Below are positions 56,507-64,000 of a stretch of DNA of 64,000 nucleotides, one piece after another. Position 1 is the first letter of the stretch; every line of letters starts with the position of its first letter. Source of the stretch: an uncultured delta proteobacterium (GTDB lineage Bacteria; Desulfobacterota; Desulfobaccia; Desulfobaccales; 0-14-0-80-60-11); contig CAVTZS010000009.1 in NCBI GenBank assembly GCA_963739295.1, forward strand, positions 45,948 to 109,947, written 5' to 3'. Made by a program: the position numbers and the translations under genes. Under the pieces are notes generated by a model. It was not told the DNA's origin. It saw nothing but the letters and a program-made list of their open reading frames with translations, and did not search any database.

Positions 56507-57060
56507 ATGAAATTTACCTTTATCTCCCTTGGAATTTCTACTGATGCCATTGGCCGCCGCATTCTCTTGTCATTGCTCAAGCAAAACGGGCATCAGTGCC
56601 ATTTGGTGTTTCTGCCCACCAGAGAAGATATCCAAAGGAGAACCACCCGATCTGGGTATCGCTACAGTGATCGCGTTATCAGCCAACTCACTGAAGTTTG
56701 TAGAGATTCTAACCTGGTAGGCTTATCCTTGATGACCCATCATTATTCGGTGGCGGTGGAACTGACCCGAAAGCTTCAGAAAAGCTTATCTGCTCCGGTC
56801 ATCTAGGGCTGTATTCATCCTACGGTGTGTCCCGAAGATTGCCTGGAAGTTGCCGACATGGTCTGCGTGGGGGAGGGGAGACCTCCATAATCGAATTGGC
56901 TGGGCACCTGCAAAGCTTCCAGGAAGTGCGGCAACAGATTGATAATATGAAACAGGCGGGACTTAAGGTCAGGGGCTGGTTTTTGCTGGGTTTTCCTGAC
57001 GAAACCCGGCAAGATATGCAATAAACTATCGAACTGGCCTTGCTCGGAAGTCATCTTCAT
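56507..57060 (+). pseudogene. decayed B12-binding radical SAM paralog
   Basis: The B12-domain N-terminus (MKFTFISLG...SAPVI) runs into an in-frame TAG where paralogs have Trp (VIW-GG-IH), then GCIHPTVCPEDCLEVADMVCVGEG. The radical SAM core is missing. The frame then shifts into a segment about 80% identical at DNA level to 55990-56100 (QEVRQQIDNMKQAGLKVRGWFLLGFPDETRQDM), followed by further stops. Confidence 0.75.
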
Positions 57061-57127
57061 CTATAATTTCAAAAAATTCTTTGTGCGAATAGTCTTATGG
57101 TCAAATGATCTTAATCGGTATTGAAAA

Positions 57128-58156
57128 TTGATAATGCGAACTATGTTTAAATTCTTCTCATTCTTTTTGTATCTAATTTTAATAATATTTATTTTATTAG
57201 AAATTCTGGTACGATTTTTTGGTTATTCTAAGATGTATCTTTATGACCCTATCTATATGCCTTTCTCCAAAAATAAGGAAATACCTTTCGTTTTAAAACT
57301 AAATCTGAAAGATGCTCGGGCCCAAAGCAATACCCGCATCAATACGGATGAGTTCGGCCTGCGCTGCCTGATTCCCGGCGCTCACTATGAGGCAAAGAGG
57401 CCGGATGAATACCGCATCGCCTTTTTTGGGGATTCTTTCACTTTCGGCCAGGGGGTGGCGAACAATGAAACGTTCCCACAAATTGTGGAAAACGAATTAA
57501 CTACTTTACCATCACGATATACTGTAAAGGTGTTTAATTTCGGGGTCTCCGGTTATAATGTGAAAACCATGACTGATACACTGCGTTACCGGGCTCTCGG
57601 TCTCAAACCTGATTTAGCTATTATGTGCATTATCTATGATGATTTCGATATAAAGAGAACCGGCGTGGTTGATAAATACGGCTATACTGTGAGCCGGTAC
57701 AGCACCAACATTGTCGGGAGCTTCACAAAATCATTCATGCGGAATCTTCATGTAAGCTATGTAATCCGGGATATGTTCTTTAAAATAAGCTCCGCAGCAA
57801 AATCACAGGGGGCGCCTGGTGCTAATTCTGCCGAAGTCCTGCCTACCTCTTATCAATATGTTTTGGATTTCAGGGATTTCGCCCAGGCCCACGGCATAGA
57901 CTATCTCATCGTCACCCTGCCGGCAAAGTCTCCCGAGGATGCGCACATTGTTACGGTCCAGAAACAATTCAATAAAGATAAGATCAAATATTATGATCTC
58001 TTCTTCCTGGCCCAATCCATAAGTCTCGAAGATTTTGGCGTCAGCTCCTCGGATGGGCACCCCTCACCCCTAGTGCAAAAGAAGATAGGGGAGCTATTGA
58101 GTGGGTATATCCTGGAGAATTATCTAAAGGCTCGGAAGGCGGGGGGCCGCCCTTGA
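57128..58156 (+). CDS. SGNH/GDSL-family hydrolase or O-acyl-modifying enzyme, membrane anchored
   Basis: 342 aa. N-terminal TM helix. GDSL block IAFFGDSFTFGQGV, and a later GHPS near the C-terminus (catalytic His context). AT-rich gene. TTG at 57128 or ATG at 57134. Confidence 0.75.
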   Translation: MIMRTMFKFFSFFLYLILIIFILLEILVRFFGYSKMYLYDPIYMPFSKNKEIPFVLKLNLKDARAQSNTRINTDEFGLRCLIPGAHYEAKRPDEYRIAFFGDSFTFGQGVANNETFPQIVENELTTLPSRYTVKVFNFGVSGYNVKTMTDTLRYRALGLKPDLAIMCIIYDDFDIKRTGVVDKYGYTVSRYSTNIVGSFTKSFMRNLHVSYVIRDMFFKISSAAKSQGAPGANSAEVLPTSYQYVLDFRDFAQAHGIDYLIVTLPAKSPEDAHIVTVQKQFNKDKIKYYDLFFLAQSISLEDFGVSSSDGHPSPLVQKKIGELLSGYILENYLKARKAGGRP

Positions 58157-58449
58157 CTGCTGGCTGGAGGGTGGCCAGCACGACCGCGTCGCAGGGAGGC
58201 TACCCGGCCCCTTCCGTGCAAAAGCCCCCAGGCGGTAAAGTTACCTGAGCTTATCCAGCGCTTTCCCGCCCCTGGTGTCAGTCGCCGCGGGGTTTCCTAC
58301 TTGGCTCTCTCTCGCTTTTCTATCCTGCTGCCCAGGTATTTGCCAATATAAATATAGCTGATGAACATGGGATCCCTTATCTAATCTTGACGTTACCCTC
58401 GATAGGTTTAGATGGATCGCAGTTTTGCAATATTCTCAAGGAATTTAAC

Positions 58450-58494
58450 CCAGGATTATGCAGTGCGCCACGATGGCGCACCGCATAATCCTGG
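58450..58494. terminator. 20-bp (one mismatch) inverted repeat between convergent genes
   Basis: CCAGGATTATGC-AGTGCGCCA-cga-TGGCGCACC-GCATAATCCTGG. Lies about 80 nt beyond the stop of the minus-strand repeat protein and about 300 nt after the SGNH gene. Confidence 0.45.
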
Positions 58495-58575
58495 ATCAAA
58501 GGTCTGACCTGACTCCAGATTCTACTCAGGTTGCCCGATTTGGGACAACTGCCCATGAGCTATCGATTAAAAATA

Positions 58576-60849
58576 TTAATAAAAAGACGCTGAGTGATAT
58601 GGGTCAAAATACCCAACAGTCCAGCCATAGATCGCATAGCCCCACTCGTAGCTGAAAGAACGATCGCCCACGTAAATAGAACCAGCTGTTAAAGACCCAT
58701 CACTATTCACTCCTAGCCAACCAAAAGAAGAGTCATAGTACCAGGTAACCCAAGATCTTTTGTCATATGTAGAGGGATAGTAGTATTCCTTATTGGAAAT
58801 ATAGTAATATCCGTTTAAAGCAGCTCCACCCATTGATTGAGGTTGGTTATAGATGTATTCTCCTACATACAATAAATAAGATGGTGCATAGATATAGCCT
58901 CCATAATAATCTCCGCTGCCATCATTATAATAATAATAGAAGTCAAAGCGGCTGTAAGAGTAGATGCGGCTAAATGGGTCAAAGTAGCCCGGTTGGGAAT
59001 CGTAGATAGCAAAGCCAGATTCCTGACCTGTGGAGCGGTCTGCCACATAAATAGAGGTAGCAGTTAAGGAACCGTCACTGTTAACGCCGAGCCAGGATCC
59101 TAATGAGTAGTAATAGTAGGAGGTAATATAACTTTTCTTATCGTAAGAAGAGTCAAATCCATCGGTAATGTTGGTTATATAGTAATATCCGCCCCCAAGA
59201 CTGACCCCACCCATCCCTTCAGGGTCATTATATATAGTTTGCCCCAATGTTAAATATGGCGAGGAAGTCTGAAAATATGTAGGGGCATAGACATGACCTT
59301 TATAGTAATCTCCACTCCCATCATTGAGGTAATAGATGAAATCGTAGCGGCTGTAGCTGCCCACATCGGCTTCATAGTATCCATCCCCGAAATAGAATCC
59401 AGGGACCCCGGATTTGATGATATAGTCGTGCTCGCTGTCCAGGTAGCTGCTGCCCACCGCCGTACCGTTGCTCACCGGGGTGTAAGTATTGCCGCTTTCC
59501 TGGTCATAATAGCTGGTCACATAGACCTGGCCCGCCATGCTGCCATCACTGCCTAAATCTGTGGCCCCGGTAATTTCATAGTATCCGGTCTGCCCGTTCT
59601 CATCTGTGGTAGTCTGCTTGTAACCAACAGCATAATCATGATAACCGGTTGGCGCATAGACATAACCGGTGTAATAATCGCCGTTACCGTTGTTATAAGA
59701 ATAGACAAAGTCATACCGAGTGAACTCGCCAGATTGGGTCGGTGTTGCCTCATAAATTACAAGATTGTCACCTTCATAAGCAAACCAGACAATCTGCCCG
59801 CGGGCGTTGATCATCGGCTCATAGTTGTTATATGAAGTGTTGGTAATCTGGGTAATAGTGCCATCGCTATACGCAAAGATCTGGTCAAACTGGCCGTCTC
59901 CCCCAACCCAGAAAATCTGGCCGTTATCGTTAATCTGCGGACCAAAGTTATCGTAGTTGCTATTGGTGATCTGGCGCACGATGCTATCGTTATATAAATA
60001 AATTTCATCGTTATGTCCGTCGGAACCAAACCAGACGACCTGTCCCCGATCGTTGATACGGGGACCGCCGTTATCAGAACTATTATTGCTAAGCTGGATG
60101 ATGGTTGCGTTTTTATAGAGATAGATTTGAAAATCGTTACCATCAGCTCCGAACCAGACAATCTCCCCATGGTCGTTGATCTGAGGGAAACTATTGTCAT
60201 GCCCGCTATTGGTGATTTGGTTAATGCTGCCCTCATCATACAAATAAACATTCCAATTCTGGCCATCAAGTGCAGTCCAGACAATCTGCCCGTAGTCGTT
60301 ATTATCAGGCCGAAAATTGCTAAAGTTATTCGTGATCTGAGTAATTATCCCATCTGCGTATGAATATATCTCACCGCTGGGACCTCGGGAATACCACACA
60401 ATTTGGCCGGAGTCGTTGATCGCCGGAGTTTCGTCATCAAAAGCGTTATTGGTAATTTGGGTGATGCTTCCGTTATTGTAGAGGTAAATTTGCGAGTGAA
60501 GATTCGCATCTAACCCTTTCCACAAGAATTGACCACGATCATTGATCATGGGATATCCACCGCCAAAAGGATTATCAGTGATTTTGGTGGTCGTCCCCTG
60601 ACTATAAAAATAAATTTGATAATCACCCCCTACCCAGACAATCTGTCCACTGCCGTTGATCTGGGGATGCCCATCATCTAATCCCAGTTTCCCATACCCC
60701 CGCCAGATCTCGGTGATAGTGTAGTCCACTGCGCCAGCTGACGGCACCGCGACGCCTAGAATTACTACAAGAGACCAAAATATAGACCAAATCGATTTAG
60801 TCCCGGTCATCTTGGCAAGCCATGGTTTCAGTCTCATCTCTGTCTCCAC
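58576..60849 (-). CDS. secreted tandem-repeat protein: 8 x ~41-aa 'ITQITN...IND.GQIVW' repeats plus 3 x ~120-aa Tyr/Gly-rich modules
   Basis: 757 aa. N-terminal signal/anchor (IWSIFWSLVVILGVAVPSAGA). Repeats end in INGSGQIVW, INDRGQFLW, INDSGQIVW, NNDYGQIVW, INDHGEIVW, INDRGQVVW, INDNGQIFW and INARGQIVW. The C-terminal half has three modules, each with RYDF.Y..N.G.GDYY.G..YAP. The last two modules also end in WLGVNSDGSLTA.SIYV.DRS. Confidence 0.8.
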   Translation of the reverse strand: METEMRLKPWLAKMTGTKSIWSIFWSLVVILGVAVPSAGAVDYTITEIWRGYGKLGLDDGHPQINGSGQIVWVGGDYQIYFYSQGTTTKITDNPFGGGYPMINDRGQFLWKGLDANLHSQIYLYNNGSITQITNNAFDDETPAINDSGQIVWYSRGPSGEIYSYADGIITQITNNFSNFRPDNNDYGQIVWTALDGQNWNVYLYDEGSINQITNSGHDNSFPQINDHGEIVWFGADGNDFQIYLYKNATIIQLSNNSSDNGGPRINDRGQVVWFGSDGHNDEIYLYNDSIVRQITNSNYDNFGPQINDNGQIFWVGGDGQFDQIFAYSDGTITQITNTSYNNYEPMINARGQIVWFAYEGDNLVIYEATPTQSGEFTRYDFVYSYNNGNGDYYTGYVYAPTGYHDYAVGYKQTTTDENGQTGYYEITGATDLGSDGSMAGQVYVTSYYDQESGNTYTPVSNGTAVGSSYLDSEHDYIIKSGVPGFYFGDGYYEADVGSYSRYDFIYYLNDGSGDYYKGHVYAPTYFQTSSPYLTLGQTIYNDPEGMGGVSLGGGYYYITNITDGFDSSYDKKSYITSYYYYSLGSWLGVNSDGSLTATSIYVADRSTGQESGFAIYDSQPGYFDPFSRIYSYSRFDFYYYYNDGSGDYYGGYIYAPSYLLYVGEYIYNQPQSMGGAALNGYYYISNKEYYYPSTYDKRSWVTWYYDSSFGWLGVNSDGSLTAGSIYVGDRSFSYEWGYAIYGWTVGYFDPYHSASFY

Positions 60850-60887
60850 TCTTGACTGAAATTATGCGTCAGCCTTAGCTGGGGCTG

Positions 60888-60903
60888 TGCAAAATTGGTG
60901 CCT
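60888..60903 (-). promoter_or_regulatory. near-consensus sigma54 (-24/-12) promoter for the repeat protein
   Basis: Minus strand AGGCAC-CAATT-TTGCA (consensus TGGCAC-N5-TTGCA). The -12 element lies about 40 nt upstream of the ATG at 60849. Confidence 0.6.
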
Positions 60904-61289
60904 GGGACCTTTTTATCAGGTTTGAACGCTGAACACCCCTGCCTCAGGGTGACATATGGAGGAATCATTGTTTTTCTACAACCAGTTCGGGGAAGCACTT
61001 TGGGACCCGAAAATCTTTAGAGTCCCAGAAGGTAAGACAGACTTGGGAACCTCTTCTCTTCCTAAAGGAAAATCTTTCCAGAATCCCTCTTTGCTGTCAA
61101 ATCAATTGCGAGCGGTTCATTACGATGGGAGTTGCCCGGCAAGAGGGAACCGTCTGTCGGTTTCCCTTGACGGCAGGGATTCTCTTGCCGTGGCGTGGGG
61201 TGCCCTCAACAGAATCGGGCATTACGAACCATGATAACTGACCGACGAAGGTAACCTGGAGGCCGTCAATTCGGCCTCAGCCCTTTCCT

Positions 61290-62660
61290 TTACATGGCGG
61301 AAGCGGACGACCTCACAGTGATACTCTGGACAATTCTGTCCGCCGCCTCAATGGCGCTTTGCACTGCCCCCGGGGTGGTGACATATAAAAACCGACCCTG
61401 TCTTCCGGCCAGCTGCACTCTCTCAGACTCCACTTCTTTAATAATCGCGTCTACCTTTTCTTCAAAACCCAGGCTATAAATGGGATAGGCGTGGTGCACG
61501 ATCTTGGAATGTCTGAGCATTATCTCCTCAACCTCAAAGAGTTTCAGTTCCTCAGTCAATTGCTTAATAACCAGATCCTCCACATCGTCATGGAGGCGAT
61601 TGACTTTGGGATTAAAGGCGATCTCGATGGTGACCGTATTCAAACCGCTCGGCTGAGCCAAGCTGAGCAGCCTCTTCCATGGGTGATGATTCTCCAGGGA
61701 ATATAAGATAAAAAATTTATGAAAGATAAGTGGACGCTTGACCACCAGAAAAATCAGTTTTAAATCGATATATTCCAGCTGCCGGGCATAGGCGCGAGAC
61801 TTTTCCGAGAGTGGCGGTTTATATGCCGAAACTAATTCCTCTAAAGGAATGGTGGAGATGGCAAAGTCGGTGTGGTACACCGCCGGGCCGGCGGAGCTGT
61901 CATAGTGAATGGCGACACCGCCGGTATCCTCTCGGATCAGCTCCTTGACTTGAGCGCCGTAAACCATCCTGACCCCCTTGGTCTGGCAAAGCTCCGCCAG
62001 TTTCCAGGAAATCTTTCCCACTCCGCCACCGTAGGGATAGACGACCGGATCGCTTTTAACTTTCATCTCTTTTATCTTCCGGGGTGACGCAAAGATGGCC
62101 GACAGCATCCGCCCTGGCCTGGTTATCTCGTGCACATTTCGCAACCGCAACTCACCTAGCCGCGGTGACAGTTTCGTTGGCGGCAGCCCCTGTAATTTGG
62201 TGACATAGGTCTCCAAATGACTCAGTTTCAGCAAGTGAGACGTCAGGCGGTAACGGAGCCAGTCATGCAAATTATCGCCATCCCACCCCAAAGTGCACCT
62301 GATATAAGAATAAAGATAATCAAAGGCGCTCCCCAATAAGGCAAATTTGGATTCCTTCAGTAATAAGCTCTTGGCAAGGGGAAAATCGTAGATCCCACCT
62401 TTTAGCCAAGCTTTTTGGGCGATGTCTTCTGGGGGTCGGAAGAGGTCAGGAAATAATTGGCATAAGTAGTTGGATTGGAGGAAGAAAAACACCCCGTTAT
62501 CCCACCAATAACCATTCTGGTTGGTAGTCTGGAAGAGGCCGCCAGGATAATCCTGCTCTTCCAAGATGACGATTTCCGAGACTCCTGGAAGATTTGCTTC
62601 TTTCAGGCGTAACGCGGCGCTTAAGCCGGTCAGACCTCCGCCGATTATTGCGATCTTCAA
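61290..62660 (-). CDS. FAD/NAD(P)-dependent oxidoreductase (amine-oxidase / phytoene-desaturase / protoporphyrinogen-oxidase-like fold)
   Basis: 456 aa. N-terminal dinucleotide motif KIAIIGGGLTGLSAALRL..E. C-terminal ...LAGRQGRFLYVTTPGAVQSAIEAA, typical of this flavoprotein fold. Confidence 0.75.
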   Translation of the reverse strand: MKIAIIGGGLTGLSAALRLKEANLPGVSEIVILEEQDYPGGLFQTTNQNGYWWDNGVFFFLQSNYLCQLFPDLFRPPEDIAQKAWLKGGIYDFPLAKSLLLKESKFALLGSAFDYLYSYIRCTLGWDGDNLHDWLRYRLTSHLLKLSHLETYVTKLQGLPPTKLSPRLGELRLRNVHEITRPGRMLSAIFASPRKIKEMKVKSDPVVYPYGGGVGKISWKLAELCQTKGVRMVYGAQVKELIREDTGGVAIHYDSSAGPAVYHTDFAISTIPLEELVSAYKPPLSEKSRAYARQLEYIDLKLIFLVVKRPLIFHKFFILYSLENHHPWKRLLSLAQPSGLNTVTIEIAFNPKVNRLHDDVEDLVIKQLTEELKLFEVEEIMLRHSKIVHHAYPIYSLGFEEKVDAIIKEVESERVQLAGRQGRFLYVTTPGAVQSAIEAADRIVQSITVRSSASAM

Positions 62661-62701
62661 AAGCTTTAACCTCCGTTACCTGCAAGGGCTGTCTCAGACC
62701 T

Positions 62702-64000
62702 TTACGCGGCTCTATCTCCCAGGGCTATGGGCCGTCTTTGCCGGAGCAGCAGCCGAACCTTGAGTTGTCGTAATCTGGCAAGTAGTGAGAGCATTACGGG
62801 ACGGTTGAACCATTCCAGCAGTTTGGGATGGGCCAGCAGCCTGAGGAGAGGCAAGGGGCAACGACTGCCAGTCAGATTGAGGAGTAACTTCAAGTAAATG
62901 TTTCCCGCGACGTGGAACTGCTTGCGATATACCTGCCGCCTTTCATCCTCAATTAAGCCTTCTTGGGCCGCCCGGGTGTAGAGGTCGGTACCGGGAATGA
63001 AGACTAGGGAAAATTGCTGCACCTGGTAGGGCGGGGGAATTTGCATCAAGAGTTTCAAGGTATCCTGGATATCTTTCTGATTTTCATAGGGATTATCGAT
63101 GATAATATCGTATTTGGGTGGCTCCAGAGGGGGGATGAAACGGGCCAAAATCTTCCCCGCCTCGATTACCTGAGACGAGGACCCCTCGCGTTGATACAGA
63201 CGGCGGGTGCGGTCACTCCCGGTCTGGATACCGATTTGCAGGCCTCTGAGCCCCACCTTGGTGAGGAGGGTCAGTTTTTTCTCCGTAATGGCCAGGGGGC
63301 TGGCTAAACAGCGAAACGGCAAAGCAATCTCCTGAGCGTATACTTTGGCAAATTTTTCCAGCCAGGGCAGGGGAGCCGAAAAAAAAGAATCGTCAGAAAA
63401 GACGATGACATTGAGAAAGGGAAAGCTGGCCTTTATCTCCTGGAGCTCGGAGATTAAGGTATCAACCTTTAAAAACCGGACATATTTCTGACGCGGGTAA
63501 AGCTGCCGTAAAAAGTTGTTGCAGCAATAGGCGCAATGGTACGGGCAGCCGCGACTGGCCATGGTTTGGTACACGATTTCTCCCCGAGTGGGATTTGACA
63601 ACGGGTTGGAAGCCATCAGGGATTTAAAGGCAGCCATATCCATGGGCCTGAGGGGCGGCTGGGCCAGCGGGGCATAATAATGATCACGCATATCATAATC
63701 CGGTCGCGGGTACTGATCGAGATTCTGCACCAACGGAGCTACGGGATTGTGAACCACCTGGCCGTCTTGCCGGAAGGTGAGGTTGGCAATGTCAGTGGTG
63801 GGTTGCCCGGTTTCCAGGGCCTGGGCGAGCTTCGCCAAGGCCTCTTCACCCTCTCCCCGGCAGACAAAGTCTGCGTGCGTCAGGCACTCCTCCGGGCGAA
63901 TGGTGGCATGGATTCCACCCCAAATAACCGGAATCTCCAGTTGCTGGCGCAGATAATCGCTCAGGTGAGCCACCCTTTCAAAACAGTAGGTCATCAGGGA
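62702..64000 (-). CDS. B12-binding-domain radical SAM protein (N-terminus beyond the window edge)
   Basis: The frame remains open to the right edge. Visible part starts inside the B12 domain (IPVIWGGIHATIRPEECL..ADFVCRGEGE). CX3CX2C in SRGCPYHCAYCCNN. Followed 42 nt later by the FAD oxidoreductase on the same strand. Confidence 0.8.
   Translation of the reverse strand, partial: SLMTYCFERVAHLSDYLRQQLEIPVIWGGIHATIRPEECLTHADFVCRGEGEEALAKLAQALETGQPTTDIANLTFRQDGQVVHNPVAPLVQNLDQYPRPDYDMRDHYYAPLAQPPLRPMDMAAFKSLMASNPLSNPTRGEIVYQTMASRGCPYHCAYCCNNFLRQLYPRQKYVRFLKVDTLISELQEIKASFPFLNVIVFSDDSFFSAPLPWLEKFAKVYAQEIALPFRCLASPLAITEKKLTLLTKVGLRGLQIGIQTGSDRTRRLYQREGSSSQVIEAGKILARFIPPLEPPKYDIIIDNPYENQKDIQDTLKLLMQIPPPYQVQQFSLVFIPGTDLYTRAAQEGLIEDERRQVYRKQFHVAGNIYLKLLLNLTGSRCPLPLLRLLAHPKLLEWFNRPVMLSLLARLRQLKVRLLLRQRRPIALGDRAA

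Noticed and set aside
58458-58655. 65-aa plus-strand ORF.
   Set aside because: It starts inside the 45-nt palindrome and runs antisense into the 3' end of the repeat-protein gene, so it is an artefact.
60956-61234. 92-aa plus-strand ORF between the repeat protein and the FAD oxidoreductase.
   Set aside because: No RBS and no motif. It overlaps the promoter and inverted-repeat region of two minus-strand units and is probably non-coding.
1-64000. Search for tRNA/rRNA genes, transposases, integrases, toxin-antitoxin pairs and known defence-system genes.
   Set aside because: None recognised. There are no T-loop GGTTCGAATCC-type strings in the intergenic regions, no DDE, tyrosine or serine recombinase motifs, and no nuclease/helicase/methylase gene sets typical of defence islands.

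Overview
The window is a GC-rich backbone interrupted by visibly AT-rich blocks. By hand count, sampled 60-nt lines run about 60-67% GC in the backbone and about 35-45% in the blocks. The gene content (sigma54 regulator, tungsten-type aldehyde:ferredoxin oxidoreductase, many radical SAM enzymes) suggests an anaerobic Deltaproteobacteria-like organism, but that is inference only.

Most of the window is cell-envelope and exopolysaccharide biosynthesis:
- 0.3-15.7 kb: an EPS locus with ManC, an AT-rich FabH-ACP-SDR-unknown-deacetylase module, a frameshifted bi-domain oxidoreductase, a priming sugar transferase, an epimerase, WecB, a PrsT-like TPR lipoprotein and a lytic transglycosylase. A c-di-GMP-I (GEMM-I) riboswitch with its own promoter and terminator sits at about 15.98-16.12 kb on the minus strand, upstream of the transglycosylase.
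- 16-34 kb: housekeeping and sensory genes. These include a GAF-domain sigma54 activator, an M48 protease, a CHASE2 cyclase interrupted at a G6 tract, tungstate transporter TupABC with a ModE-like regulator, MlaC, a DraG-like hydrolase, an alcohol dehydrogenase and a CoA-transferase.
- 34.4-35.5 kb: an extreme low-complexity lipoprotein, followed at 36-39 kb by three unrelated radical SAM genes.
- 39-64 kb: a second envelope locus and the best candidate for undescribed chemistry. It holds two LpxL-like acyltransferases, a GT9, an AT-rich AOR / acyl-CoA ligase / alcohol dehydrogenase operon, GT2 and sugar-transferase genes, five intact and one decayed B12-binding radical SAM paralogs, an SGNH hydrolase, an FAD oxidoreductase, and a 757-aa secreted tandem-repeat protein behind a near-consensus sigma54 promoter.

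I saw no tRNA, rRNA, CRISPR array, transposase or integrase. All family assignments come from motif recognition by eye and need HMM or BLAST confirmation.
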